From Phoronis australis (lineage: Eukaryota > Animalia > Phoronida), in assembly GCA_002633005.1 (NCBI GenBank), contig NMRA01000154.1, forward strand, positions 383,210-447,209: a DNA stretch of 64,000 nt, in the 5' to 3' direction. A program made the position numbers and the translations under genes. Below, in pieces: positions 24,301 to 34,850 of this stretch (within the stretch, counting starts at the first letter, position 1; each line of letters opens with the position of its first letter). The notes under the pieces are model-generated. The model worked only from the letters and a program-made list of their open reading frames with translations. It made no database searches and had not been told where the DNA came from.

Positions 24301-27300
24301 TTTGTCGACGTTTGTCGGCATTACTCATTGTGGTGAAATGGCGTAACCACCAGTCACTTTTGACTTCAAATGACATGAAATTCTGTTAGCGCCAGAGGAT
24401 TTTTATCTCATTTTGTAGAACTAAGATAGCTCAACACATTGCTTGGTACAAAAATGTTCTGAAACCAGTGCCAGCTGAGATATCGGGATACAAATTTAAC
24501 CGATTTTGACAGTTTCAAAAATCACTAAAAATACTCATCTTATGCGGCTCTAAAAACAGACAAAAAATTATCGAAATCTTTTAAATTTGCGTGAATAAAG
24601 TAGTCGAATGTCACACCTGATCAATAACACAGGTTCAATATCTCAGCGTTACTTCCACTGCGTAACGTAACTGTCAAAATTTTGCTAAAACTGAACTGCC
24701 GGCAGGCTCAAAACTTGCCGGAAAAAAACAGTATCCATGGAAACCAAAAGGGTGCGTTTTGAAACAAAGGCGTCAGTGGGGCCGGTGTCATCACACAAAG
24801 AAAATATAAAGAGAATCTGTGACATAGCGTTTATCACCCTCTGCTTGGTCCATTCGCGAACATGTTCTTAAGTATGTAATCCGAAGGTCTTGGTACGCGC
24901 TGCAAACTAACACAAGGTGGTATTCGTCCTCTACACGTCCCGAATTACATAAATCACACAACCTATTTTCATAGGGAATATTTGTGTGGCGACCTCTTTC
25001 CACTAGTAACGAATGATTTTAACAACGCCATCGAGTCACAGACTGGATAAAAACACGTGGGATACTAACTATTTCTAGATAATTCACTAGAGAATACAAT
25101 GTTTTATATCTCACATAGTAATGCAGTTTTGCGTTACATTCGACATCAGATTGCCAGCCTTGCAAATAACAGCCACTGACATGTTGAGAAAAAATATGTC
25201 AAGAAATACGCTTGGTTTATCACACCCTGAAAAACCATGCACAGGTAGAATTTTCCTTACAAAACTTGCCCAATTATAAGAAGATCGTCCAATCTGGTCT
25301 GACTGAAAAAGCATATCATATACCACACGACTGCTAGGCATTTCCAGTATTCTGAACCAAAATTTTTGTACATGATTCAAACTATTTAGTAAGCCATGGG
25401 AATCGACCACATTCTCCCATAATTGCCGAGTTTGAACAACAACTACCTACTCCTAAAACATTGCGTTTACAAAACTTGATATGAAAATTTCCCTATTGTT
25501 CATATTCCTTAAAGCCCCAAATCTCAGCTCCGTAACACAGAGGGTGTAAACCATTGTCAGAAATTGACAGTGGGTTTGTTTAAAATGTAGCCATGCTTTG
25601 AGACTGTGCGTAGATGGAGAGAGAATGATTAAATCCAGTAATTAATTTATTTTACGAAAACCAATATTTAAACAAGTGAAACCTGTTGTTAATTAAGTAA
25701 TCAACTACAAAGATGAGTAACTACGCTAGCGCCCTCTTCAAAGATTACTTCAATCAATCAACCAAAATATTCAAATTTCTAAATCTAGCTGTAGGAATCT
25801 CCACTTGTTGGATGACAGCCCTGTTGGTGAATCTTCGAACTACACACACTGTGTTGAGAGTGTACTTGCTGGTGACGCAACACTTGCAGGCAGTTTCTTC
25901 TACCCGCCATTCTTCTTGCTGGTCACAATTTCTGGTGACGCAACATTTCAGGCAGTATCTTACTACCCACGATACAAGTAACAAACAAGTGCCAACAGTA
26001 CAATTAAAGAACTCTGTAAGACCATCTTGAGTTTAGACACAAGTGAGCAATTTAACAAACATAGAGTGGATTCTGTTGAAAATTTTACCATACACATCAA
26101 TGTTTTTCAATCCATGGAACAGTAAATTATGAGAGATTCGATCGAATGCCTTCGACAAATCTACAAAGGCACAGTAAAATCTCCCAACTTGCCGATTCAA
26201 TTACTTGTGGCACATAGCTTGAAGTGTAAACAATTGGTCGATCGTAGAGTAGCCCTTACTAAAGCCAGCTTGAGATTCATAAAGACGATTATTTAAAAGT
26301 TTGGTAAAATGTTCTCCCAAAGTAGACAACAGGAAAATACCTCTATACTTAGGGTATGTATTTTCGTCATTGATATTACCTTGTTTATGTACTGGAGTAA
26401 GCATTGCGTCACACCAAGTCTGGGAATAATACCCAGATTTAAAAACTGCATTTTTAGGCACTTTTAAACTCGTAACCATCATGTACGCTGCTTAAGTCCA
26501 AGATTGCCGACCCGATCAAAAAATGTGAGTCAAAATTTGACTCATAAATAGCGATAATTTTTAAACACACCATGCCATTTTGATAATTCTTTCATTTTTT
26601 GTTTCAGACACCTACATGTATGCTTTTCCTGTGATATAGGCTTCAAAATGAAAAAATAATTTTCGGTTCGTCCGCTTCACAGTCTCCAAACCCTTAGTTC
26701 TGAATATCTCATTGAAAATCACATGGATTTTTTATGTCAGCCTAAAATTGTCTCAACCGTTTTGGGTATTAGCGCAAGGCAAATATGTCACCACCTGTGC
26801 CTGCCTAACCTTTGACCCACAGTCAGTTATGAACGCTCAATGGGTGAAATGTAGTATGGATTTGCCAGACAGTATTATGGTCTCTAACATGTTGATTCGC
26901 ATTAATCTTTTCTCCTTGAAACCATTTTAAATGTAATGAAGTTACAAAAAAAAATTTCGTTTAAAACTGTAAAATACGCAATATTAGGGTATTTCTAGAG
27001 GACAATTTGAAAAAGCTCATTAAATAGATTTTATAAATTCGTAAACATATCTTTCAATGTTCACAACCCGGCAAACTGGCTTGTAGAAGCACTTAAGTGA
27101 CGCTCGATTTCAACTCTACAAAAAAGTGCCTCCGGATTTATCTCCACTGTCACGTGATGAAGGCATCGAAATTATTAGTATCAAGTTTATTTGGTAGTCC
27201 TAATGTCCCACTTTCTAATTCCATTATGTGTTTTCTCTCTTTGCATGCAATCTACCTGTTTTATATATTAGAAAATTGTTGTTTTCGGTATGCAAAAACA

Positions 27301-28840
27301 TGTCATTTTCTTCCTGAAACTTTGAAGGCCTATGAGCAAAAGAAAGGAGGTCAACAAGTGCAAAATCAGTGATTTTTGTATCAAAGCCAAACCACGATCA
27401 CATACACAGAGTTTAAGATGAATGTGAAAGATGACCCCAAGAGTGATTCTCTTATTTCTTTTGATTTTCTCGCGGAATTGCTCTTGTTACTTTCTACTCA
27501 ACGCTATCATGTCACATGTCTACTGTCACGTGACCGAATTCGTGTTTCCACTTCAACTTAATCGACAGCCAGGTCTGTTACCAGCGCAGCCAAAGTTTGA
27601 ATCAGCAGACGCTGGCTGCCTTGTAGCCACTTTCTAACGACGCCATTTGACATTCTGGTGATAGAGTACAAGTATTATGGCGGGCTTACAGTGTACATGT
27701 TTTCATTATTGCATCGTAGCAGGGCCGTTGAAACACGGTCGGACATGTTTTTCAACAATAATATCCTTAAAAATATTTTTGAAAAACTGGGACAGCAAAG
27801 AAGTCAAACTTGACTAGACGGTGACGACTCAAGGGTGAACATTGATGGCAATTACTTAATGTCGCTAGATGGCACACCTCGGAAAAACATGACAAACAGT
27901 GCTTAGTAACCACTTGGCTCACCTTCACAAAGGCCCCATCGAGCGTCCGAGTCATAGTCATTTGTGGTGGCGCACCAAAACTCGTGGTTCGCATGGCCCA
28001 TAGTAATACAAGTGTAGTACAGGTAACCTTTATAATGAAACGGAAACACGCACGGGTCTCCGTTGGAATTTCCATCGAACGTGGCTGTGCTGTGAACTGA
28101 ATCAAATGATGGCTATCAGTGCTATTCGTATCTACTCACTCGATTGACCTAATGGTAAAAGCAAACTGATTTGCATAAATAAGAAAGTTTGACAAAAGAG
28201 GCGGTATTCCGTGTAAACTTTCTAAGAAATGTTTGATATAGCACAGTTCTAATGAATATTACTGCAGAAAATGATAGGGACGTTGTTCGAACAAAAAATA
28301 ACCCCACAAACCTCCAACGGTTTCTATTAGAATGTGTAAAAATTAAAAAATGCCATTCTCTTTAAACGGAAATTCGGGCAATAACAGAGCGAGTCATTCT
28401 CTCAGGAATGTGGGATATATTTAAACATAAGTACCCTCTTATTGACTATTTTTACAGACTGACGACTTTTCGCTTCGTTAAAATGTGTATCCAGCAACAA
28501 TGTGTGCTAGTTGCTTTTGTCCTTGCGAAAATGAAATGCTTTTAAAAACACATTTTGCGTTGTCAAGACTACGAATGCCAACTTTATTTATTTCGATATC
28601 GCCAAGAAGGGGTGATGCAAAAAGATCTTGCGAAACACTTCAATTGACGGAAATTTCCTGATATGAGCGTGTTCGCAGCTTGATTCCCCACTCACAACAC
28701 CGTGAGCTAAATATATAGTAACCCAAATGTTCCGAATGCACGAAATAAACTTAACTTCCATGAAACCATATCTTACCTATAGCTATGACGCCCAAGAGTA
28801 AATGAGCTGAAGTCAGTTCGGATAAAAAATTGGCAGACAT
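3039..28840 (-). CDS. Spliced gene for a secreted mosaic multi-lectin/adhesion protein (SP-FN2-Mucin2_WxxW-FTP-Sushi x2-PAN-PAN-CTLD-TSP1-PAN), >=938 aa; 3' end uncertain
   Basis: 13 exons join by GT-AG in one open frame: 28840-28777, 28096-27923, 19398-19325, 18407-18179 (or duplicate 16718-16490), 15829-15635, 15225-14995, 14693-14283, 12361-12104, 10739-10458, 8825-8654, 5561-5314, 5029-4832, 3317-3039 (2815 nt). The last exon either splices on at gtgagg or reads through to TGA at 3013-3015. Confidence 0.8.
4832..5029 (-). CDS. Exon, thrombospondin type-1 repeat
   Basis: VNGGWS...PW...C...RWRSKLCNNPAPANGGADC...EEEC. Confidence 0.85.
5314..5561 (-). CDS. Exon, C-type lectin domain, C-terminal half
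   Basis: RFVGIRD...DWKWENGASLAWNPW...TCAVIDVFEWIPLHCDEEKGFICE. Phase 2 start matches the preceding exon; not in the ORF track. Confidence 0.85.
6425..6558. repeat. Degenerate ~39 bp minisatellite, ~3.5 copies
   Basis: Recurring gttgatatg.ttcgtcagtt.tacacaggatgtcgt unit. Confidence 0.7.
6804..6950. mobile_element. ~150 bp MITE family A (TIR cgttcagtaacgctaggacc)
   Basis: Terminal inverted repeats; other copies in the opposite orientation at ~44196-44342, ~51075-51205 and ~63918-64000. Confidence 0.75.
7245..8092 (+). mobile_element. Kolobok-type DNA transposon, internally deleted right-end fragment (transposase zinc-finger remnant plus convergent KolX-like ORF)
   Basis: Ends ...ttgccttcgcct followed by TTAA (8093-8096). 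The ~150 bp terminus is shared with 40530-41865. The + strand encodes KFIVDLSKVLELFRRCQVCG...IHWECVAGHSGKWDS (one frameshift). The left edge is an N at 7244. Confidence 0.8.
7460..7757 (-). pseudogene. Truncated KolX / P2X7 C-terminal (ballast)-like Cys-rich ORF
   Basis: YMFEPEY...RRGDTSWCKCTVCVVMPTSMECLCCSE matches the WCxCxxCxxMxTxxExxCCxE zinc-cluster pattern. It starts inward from the right terminus. Confidence 0.75.
8654..8825 (-). CDS. Exon, C-type lectin domain, N-terminal half
   Basis: ACPPHFQPASDGGCYFVS...AKQYCSQRSSHLTYITSYQEFDAV; tttcag/gtgagc boundaries. Confidence 0.85.
10458..10739 (-). CDS. Exon, PAN/Apple domain
   Basis: SCLSLCIKDISCASVDYDAATSYCAML...HVEYQC; phase 1-1. Confidence 0.8.
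12104..12361 (-). CDS. Exon, PAN/Apple domain
   Basis: SCYKACERNASCFGVEWNFIAHRCLIF (C-x3-C-x5-C...C); tttag/gtgagc boundaries; phase 1-1. Confidence 0.8.
12650..12788. repeat. Degenerate ~36 bp minisatellite, ~4 copies
   Basis: Recurring tgcaggagtgtaacttaa.ggtacact unit. Confidence 0.65.
14283..14693 (-). CDS. Exon, two Sushi/CCP domains
   Basis: C..PIVNG...VTYTCHHGF...LQCEADGSFNETLPAC and CEIPNVPNA...IFCYDGF...TCVAGGVWNDEILHC. Confidence 0.9.
14995..15829 (-). CDS. Two exons (15829-15635, 15225-14995), F-type lectin/fucolectin (FTP) domain
   Basis: TNVALFKPTSQSST...AMKAVDGN...EPWWLVDL...VRITARGDGEGHRLRD...GRYLAI...LSLCEVDVFG contains the hallmark FTP motifs. Confidence 0.9.
16490..16718 (-). 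CDS. Exon, Mucin2_WxxW domain, second part (copy B, near-identical duplicate)
   Basis: Same 229-nt exon and splice sites as copy A, with two amino acid differences visible (YSD/YLD, ENN/ESN). Confidence 0.7.
18179..18407 (-). CDS. Exon, Mucin2_WxxW domain, second part (copy A)
   Basis: DHICSNG...CRAR...CTQYEGLVCVNSHQESNLCLDFEIKFFC matches the GLxCxNxxQ...CxDYExRFxC motif; phase 0 to phase 1. Confidence 0.8.
19325..19398 (-). CDS. Exon, Mucin2_WxxW domain, first part
   Basis: EYWTDWANNDTPSNGTGDYE matches the W-x-x-W...D-x-P...GDxE motif; tttcag/gtgagt boundaries. Confidence 0.85.
21881..23720. repeat. Intronic foldback: long inverted arms around a tandem-repeat core
   Basis: 21881-22088 is the inverse of ~23503-23720, and ~22575-22838 is the inverse of ~23273-23501. 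About three copies of a ~140 bp unit lie at ~22875-23270. Confidence 0.85.
24860..26460 (-). mobile_element. Decayed non-LTR retrotransposon (LINE, RTEX-like) ORF2 relic
   Basis: PVHKQG...YRGIFLLSTLG..FTKLLNNRL..ESQAGFSKGYSTIDQLFTL, then FYCAFVDLSKAFDRI, and a C-terminal GRHTNIPYENRLCDLC..VEDEYHLVLVCSAYQDLR motif; many stops and deletions. Confidence 0.85.
27923..28096 (-). CDS. Exon, fibronectin type II domain
   Basis: GNSNGDPCVFPFHYKGYLYYTCITMGHANHEFWCATTNDYDSDARWGLCE is a canonical FN2 pattern; ttcag acceptor and gtgagc donor. This frame is not in the ORF track. Confidence 0.9.
28777..28840 (-). CDS. Exon 1, signal peptide (MSANFLSELTSAHLLLGVIAI-)
   Basis: ATG at 28840, hydrophobic stretch, G|gtaag donor in phase 1 matching the FN2 exon (joined: ...LLLGVIAIVHSTA-TFDG). 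Confidence 0.6.
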
Positions 28841-30326
28841 CTGCTTGCGCCGTCCGATATAATTTGCTTCAGGTACGAATGGAGCTGTTAAATATTGTGC
28901 AGCTAAGTTGAAAACGTTTATCGTTCCGCAACCCCGGCGGGAAAATGAGATTCGATTTTAGTTTCAAGTCACACAATTACCTATACAGGCAAGCTGATTA
29001 TCTCAAGTGAAATCGATGATATTCTTGGTTAAATAATTGTCTTTTCACCACCAGCAACACATAATATTTAGTGAACCTCCGTTGTTTGACTAGTAATACA
29101 AAGACGCAGATCGCTTCTGTCAAAGTATGTTTGCACAAGGTTTTAATTACAAAGAATGACCGTGACATTCCTTACAATGCTAACATGTCGAAACACACAA
29201 CGTCCTGTTAATTTCGCGAAGGTCCACAAATAGCGAAGTTCACATAATTTTACCGCATTTATATATATATATTCATTTTTGCCTTATTTTTCCGAAGACG
29301 CCATGCTTTTACAGGGCATTCTCCTCGATGATATGCCGTAAAAAGAACATTTTTAAAAGGTTGTACGGAAGATATTTGTGTTATTGGTTATCATGTAAAT
29401 CGGACGTTGACGTCACCCACAGCTCGTAGGCGTTCTTCTAGCAAACGATTTCGCCAAATGCAATGTATAAGGCTTAAAATCGGAATTGTGTTTTGTATAG
29501 CCCCTCTTTGCTTTCAATCAAAGAAGTTTCACGTAAGTTCCTGTAAACATTGTAATAAAATTTTGAGTGATAATCGAAACGTTACAACCTTTGGAACATC
29601 AAAAAATGCTCTGTATTGTTTTCGAAAAATAGTCTAGAATCTATCCTTTTTGGACTTTAAATTGTCAAGATATATTTGAAAGAGCTGTATTTAACTTCAC
29701 AAGATAAAAAGCTTTTTAAAATGTTTGTCTTCGTTATAGTTTTTAGCAACTAAACTACTCAGCATTTTAAAAGCAGAATTGGGGGAAACTCTCTTAATAA
29801 TAACGCAAATGGACAATTATTTGCACACAAATGTTCTTCTAGGCATTGATGACATAAACATTTCGGAAATCGATGGATCGGTTGCAAAGAAAAAGCATAG
29901 TAACCTTGTAACAGGTTGGCCGAAAAAACGGAGAGAAACACGATGGAAGTTTACATGTAAATATCAGACAGCAGCTTTGTTTGGCTACGTTACAAGATGG
30001 TTTGCTTAAAAGCTGTAAGTTGTAAATAAAACAACCTGTCACTGAAAAAAATATCTTGTATGTTTATTATCTATGTGGCAGTTAACAATAGTATTTTCTC
30101 ATTTCCTTGTCAAAAATACCAATTAATTTTGTCTAATCGGTGTGCAGAGATTATCGGTAATTGGTGGGCGGATATTATCGCCAATTTATCATCGGAACTA
30201 ATGCAGACTTGCTATGACGTTTCTCGGCAAAATGGTTAAAAGCAACATTTTGTGGAAAATTATACAAATTCATTGTTTAATTATCATTTATTGAAATGTA
30301 AAACCTATATCTTGATAAAAACAACG

Positions 30327-30370
30327 GCTTGGCATGTCTCGGCCTTTATTAAAACACCATCCTTAGAAGC
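30327..30370 (-). ncRNA. Degenerate minimal type I hammerhead ribozyme (Penelope-associated)
   Basis: Minus strand reads gctt-CTAAGGA-t-ggtgttt.taat.aaaggcc-GAGA-catg-CC-aagc: stem I gctt/aagc, stem II, palindromic CATG stem III. Confidence 0.5.
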
Positions 30371-31050
30371 AAAAATGTGGCCACCTTGCTAGGCTCAACA
30401 ACAAGTACATGTACGTAATGATACACAGACACAGTTACAGGGGAGTATAACAAAAGACTTAAGTCATTGAAAGCGCATTGCTCATAACAATGATTGAAGC
30501 TCTGTAGTTTAATATTAATAAGTGAAGCTCTGTCAGAATTTCGATGTTCACTGGTCCGGGTTTTCAAATGGCGACTAGTTTCGCCAATATAACTGGCGCC
30601 ACACTCAGCACCCATAATTTTGTACACTACCACGGATCTTAAACCAGTAGCAATTTTGTCCTTAGGGTTAAATAACTCAGACAGTTTTATATACTTGAAC
30701 GTTAATATAACACTTAAGTTAACACAGTAATGATTCACCAATTTGTTGAGTTTTCGTTGAATAATCTTGACGTAAAACACAACATAGGGTATTTTAAAAT
30801 GCATGCAGTTAGTTCTATCTACATGACGAATATCATCAGGGTTACGTTGCAACCTTGCTTTCAGTACCCTATTGGCTAGTTCAAAGGAATAGCCATTTTT
30901 TCGAATTTGTTGTAAGTTCTTTGACATCAGAATCAAATATAGCCCAAGTGTTGTTAATGCGATATACCCTTTCTTTTGGAGTATTAATGAGACCCACCTT
31001 ACATGTATGAACAAAGGATGAAAAGCTATGAAAGCCGATTTAAAATCTTC
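30327..31050 (-). mobile_element. Penelope-like retroelement relic (RT C-terminus plus GIY-YIG endonuclease)
   Basis: KNGYS...FKIPYV...KDKI..GLRSVVVYKI...CGASYIGETSRHLKTRTSEH is the typical PLE GIY-YIG pattern. Confidence 0.85.
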
Positions 31051-33091
31051 GTTGTTTTTATCAACATGCTAATTGGTATCATGGACAACCAAATATTTGA
31101 AGAAAACTCAAAGATGTCAATTTTAGGCTCACCGATCTTGAGAGTATAACCTATAGATCATAGTATCTTTATATCTCCTTGCTTCAAAGACACTCCTTCA
31201 GTTTTATTATAGTGAAAATTTCATGAAACGGGTTATTAACGCAATTAAGTTCAGTCGGAACTTGAGTCGAAATAACGATCATTCACCAGAGCTCCAGATA
31301 TTTTCAAACTTAACAGATTTTAACACGAATTCTTTAGCTTAACTTTTAATCCTGGTATTGCACCAACACCTAAAATGGCCGACGTAGTGAGTGACAGCTG
31401 GCTCATGCATTATGGGTACTCAATCAAACGCAGCCATTTGTAATGAGGTTTCTTAAGAAATCCTGCCCACTTAAAAATAACAATAAGGGTAAGATATATT
31501 CCTGACTTTTCGAGAAGAATTCAGTTCCAGAATTCAAACAGTGCGAAAATCACCAGTTTCAGTCCACGATCAATAAATTTCTTTTAGCCATGCAGTATTT
31601 TGTTGCTGTGAAATCAAAATTAATGAGGTAATTAATTTGCAGCAAACAAAAGGACCTCAACAGGCACCTTGACGACCCCGACTGTTGTACAAATCTATTG
31701 ACAAAATATAAAGGTAACGAGTTTCTAATGAGCTAGTCTAAGTACATATAGGCGCATTTGCTGTTGATACGAACAGGTTCATTTCTTTTATAACCAAATG
31801 AAGGACCTCTACGGGAAACAGTGTACACTTTTCACGAGTACACGTCAGTCAGAATGAAATGGATGTTTTAATTATCTGTACACTTATGGAAACATATACA
31901 AGGAAATAAACACAGGACCCTCAAAATGTCATGTTTTCATCTAGTAGCCTCATCAGGAAGTTTGTAGTGGTTTTCAGTGTCCACTCAGCTGAAATACTAT
32001 ATGTCGATACAATCAATTCCCCAGTTGCAGCTATTCAATTTCGTGTTTGTAGAGTTTTTAAGTAGTTGCCTTGGTGATGTCCATACGTGTAAGTTGTGCT
32101 ACACATTAGTTTGCATGGTTTGTGGAGGCACTGCAGTGAACCGTAAACATTTAGCGCAGCTGACAAAAGCCTGAGAAATCAAAGACCTAGCGTAATATTA
32201 TTGACTTATCTCACGAATAAACATTACATTGCTGCAATTCTCACATTCTAAAATCATCGCTTTTCGTTTGCGGAGACAGAAAAATGTATTGCTTTTGATT
32301 GACCTAGTTTGCAAAACTTGGTGTACTAATATACACTGTACTTTCGCTCCACGCGAGTCCGACTAGATGGACGGAAATTGTGACTTCACCATATTGGGGC
32401 AGTTTAAGAAGTTCCGTTTTCTTGGTTCTAATCCTTGTCACTTGCCCATGGAATCTTACATGAGGTCAAAAACTGGAATTGAACAATAACCGATTAAACT
32501 TTGTTTCACATAACAGCTGGAATTTAAATGCTAATTTGCATGTTTCACATGTGCTCTAGCATGATTTTCAAATTTTTTAAACAGTTGTCCTATCTTAATT
32601 TTGCCCGTTTGAACAAACGTACTAGCGCAGGTGAATAAGACACTGCCCCGTTGTTTGTCTCTACTTTGGAGCCGTTGCTAGGGTACTTGCCACGTAATTA
32701 ATGGCTTCAAGGTATCAGGATAATCTATAATAAACTATATCGTACGTACAATGTAGACAATTTCAATCCTCAGGAAATAACGTTTTAATACGCCTCCGAG
32801 AGCTTTTCATGCTCTATGACCGCTTTCCCGTTGAGCTCTTCTACCGTCGACCTAATCGCATTCTTTACTCACCACAAGCGGCCTAAATGATTACACTCTT
32901 TCACAGTGCTACGAGAAAAAATCGATACCAGAGCTGAAAATCATTTGTGCGGGCGCTTTCTTCTTTTTCTTTTAGTTGGCACTTGCAGCCTGTGTCAATA
33001 AGTCCTTCTTGCAGCTCGTGAATGGTCGCAACGTTGTCATGTTAGGTGGTATCCGAGATATATCTAACAAATCAAGTTTTACAGACTATTT

Positions 33092-34850
33092 TTGATAAAT
33101 TTGCTCATGTCAAATGATGTCATTATTGGTAATTTATTTTCAAAGCCAAAACTTCAACTCCGCAAATTGGACAAGGAGACAAAAACCACTGAGTGTAGCA
33201 ATTGTTCTGATTATGTACATCTTGATAGAAACGGCGTGGAATCTGATGTTTCAGTTAGTACGCCACCTAGTAATCAATCTGTCACCAGTGAAAAAGGATG
33301 TTGAACAACTAAGTTGAAATTGCAGCTCAACAGATTAGGTAAAGGGGAAATAACTGCACCCAAGAGCATCAAAAGTTGTAATAACACGCACTGTAACACA
33401 ACCGCTTTAGTCACCACGAGCTTCAGACTCAACAAATTGGGCGAGAATGTGTTCACCCGAAAAGAAAACTGTTCAACACAAGTACTAAATTATTGTTTAC
33501 AACTACCGATGACAATATCAGAAGTGACCACACAATTAACCTTGACTTTACCTATGTGTTATCACTGGTAGAATGCAATTTTAAACTATACGCAGGTGGT
33601 AAGTACCTCGGGTTACAGTGTTTACTACCTAAGGGATGTAGGGTGTCTAAAAATTAAGTTTCCATGTTCCTCAGATGAGAAGGATGAGTTGGCCACGAAA
33701 AATATTCAAGGCTTTTTAGATAATGCGGTATGTAAAGCATGGCTTACATGTACATCTAGCCTGGAAAAAGAATCAAAGTCGTCTAAGAGACTTATAGATC
33801 TGGGGCCTGTTCCAAGAAACTGACTTAAGTTAACTTTTGACTTAAGTTTAAGATTTGTCTTAACTTCCAAACTTTGAAACTTCCACATTCGGTAAGTTTG
33901 TCAAAATTAAGACAAAACTTGAGTCAAACACTTAAGTCAAACTTAACCTCTCTTTCTTGGATTGGTTTTGAGACAAATTTAACTTTTATTCTAAAATTTA
34001 CTAAAATTTAAGATTTGTCTTAGCTAAGTCACTTTTGTTGGAACAGGCGCCTGAATCATACGAGTTTGACAGACATTGTCGCCACAACGCCATTGGTAAC
34101 ATGTGTTAAAGAATGTCATCAAAATAAGTTAAAAGTGAAATTTATACTTAAAAGCGGTGAAGTACACACTCGTAGTTTTGTTTGTACTCCTAATGGTCTA
34201 AATGATCGACAGTGTGCAGGTAAAATTCAATAATTTCTTGACACTGCAGAATGCAAAACATGGTTGCAAAGTCCATACTGGAAATAATTAGGTGAAGTAC
34301 ATGTACGAGTTGGTCCTAAAGCATTAGAATTCATTGAGTCCCATTTGTTCACCTTAAGTCTAGCGGTAAAACTTGCTGAACCTGAATGTGCACCAGCTTT
34401 GTACAAAAAGAATACATCACAAACATATGTCAATAGTTATGAAAATGGGGGAAAGCAGTCATGGGAAATGGGGCAAAACTAATAGACTGGATCAGAAATT
34501 TGTGTGCAACGGTACATCTGTCGACAAAAATATCATCACATGGTATATGACTTGTGCATCTCAAACAGACCAATGCAGAAGTGGCTGGCGAATTACTAAC
34601 AAGCCTAAAGACCACAATTGTCACTGTTGAGTGTACTAATTGTCTTTTTGATTTGAAGAGTAATAAAATGTGTGATAACTGCGGCAAACATACTCCAGTA
34701 GATGGTACACTGACGCTAAAACAAGATGTGGGACTTGTTATGCGTATAAGCAGCGACATATGACTGACAGAGAAACAGAAAAGACCAAAACAGCAGTGGA
34801 CGATGCAGTTCAACATGATCATCTAAAGTTTAAGTGGCAACTGGAATTGG
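33092..34850 (+). pseudogene. Decayed intronless ORF of unknown family, interrupted by a MITE
   Basis: ORFs 33092, 33314 and 33596 share one frame. Removing 33803-34053 continues that frame (...KRLIDL|NHTSLTDIV...) with sparse stops. A CxxC...CxxC motif lies at 34554-34763. Confidence 0.55.
33803..34050. mobile_element. PIF/Harbinger-like MITE
   Basis: TIR gggcctgttccaagaaactgacttaag / ctaagtcacttttgttggaacaggcgc; 3-bp TSD CTG (33800-33802 and 34051-34053); internal ttaag/tttgtct repeats. Confidence 0.8.

Larger units (their letters stand above)
29215..31607 (+). repeat. ~2.4 kb direct repeat, copy 1
   Basis: Colinear with 38240-42254 from cgcgaaggtccacaaa to ...caataaatttctttt...ttttgttgct. 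Confidence 0.9.

Noticed and set aside
26492-27097. Possible TTAA-flanked MITE next to the LINE relic
   Set aside because: The terminal inverted match is short and interrupted; insufficient support.
31928-31956. Hammerhead-like CTGATGA...GAAA on the minus strand
   Set aside because: Stem II is poor and no complementary stem I can be formed.
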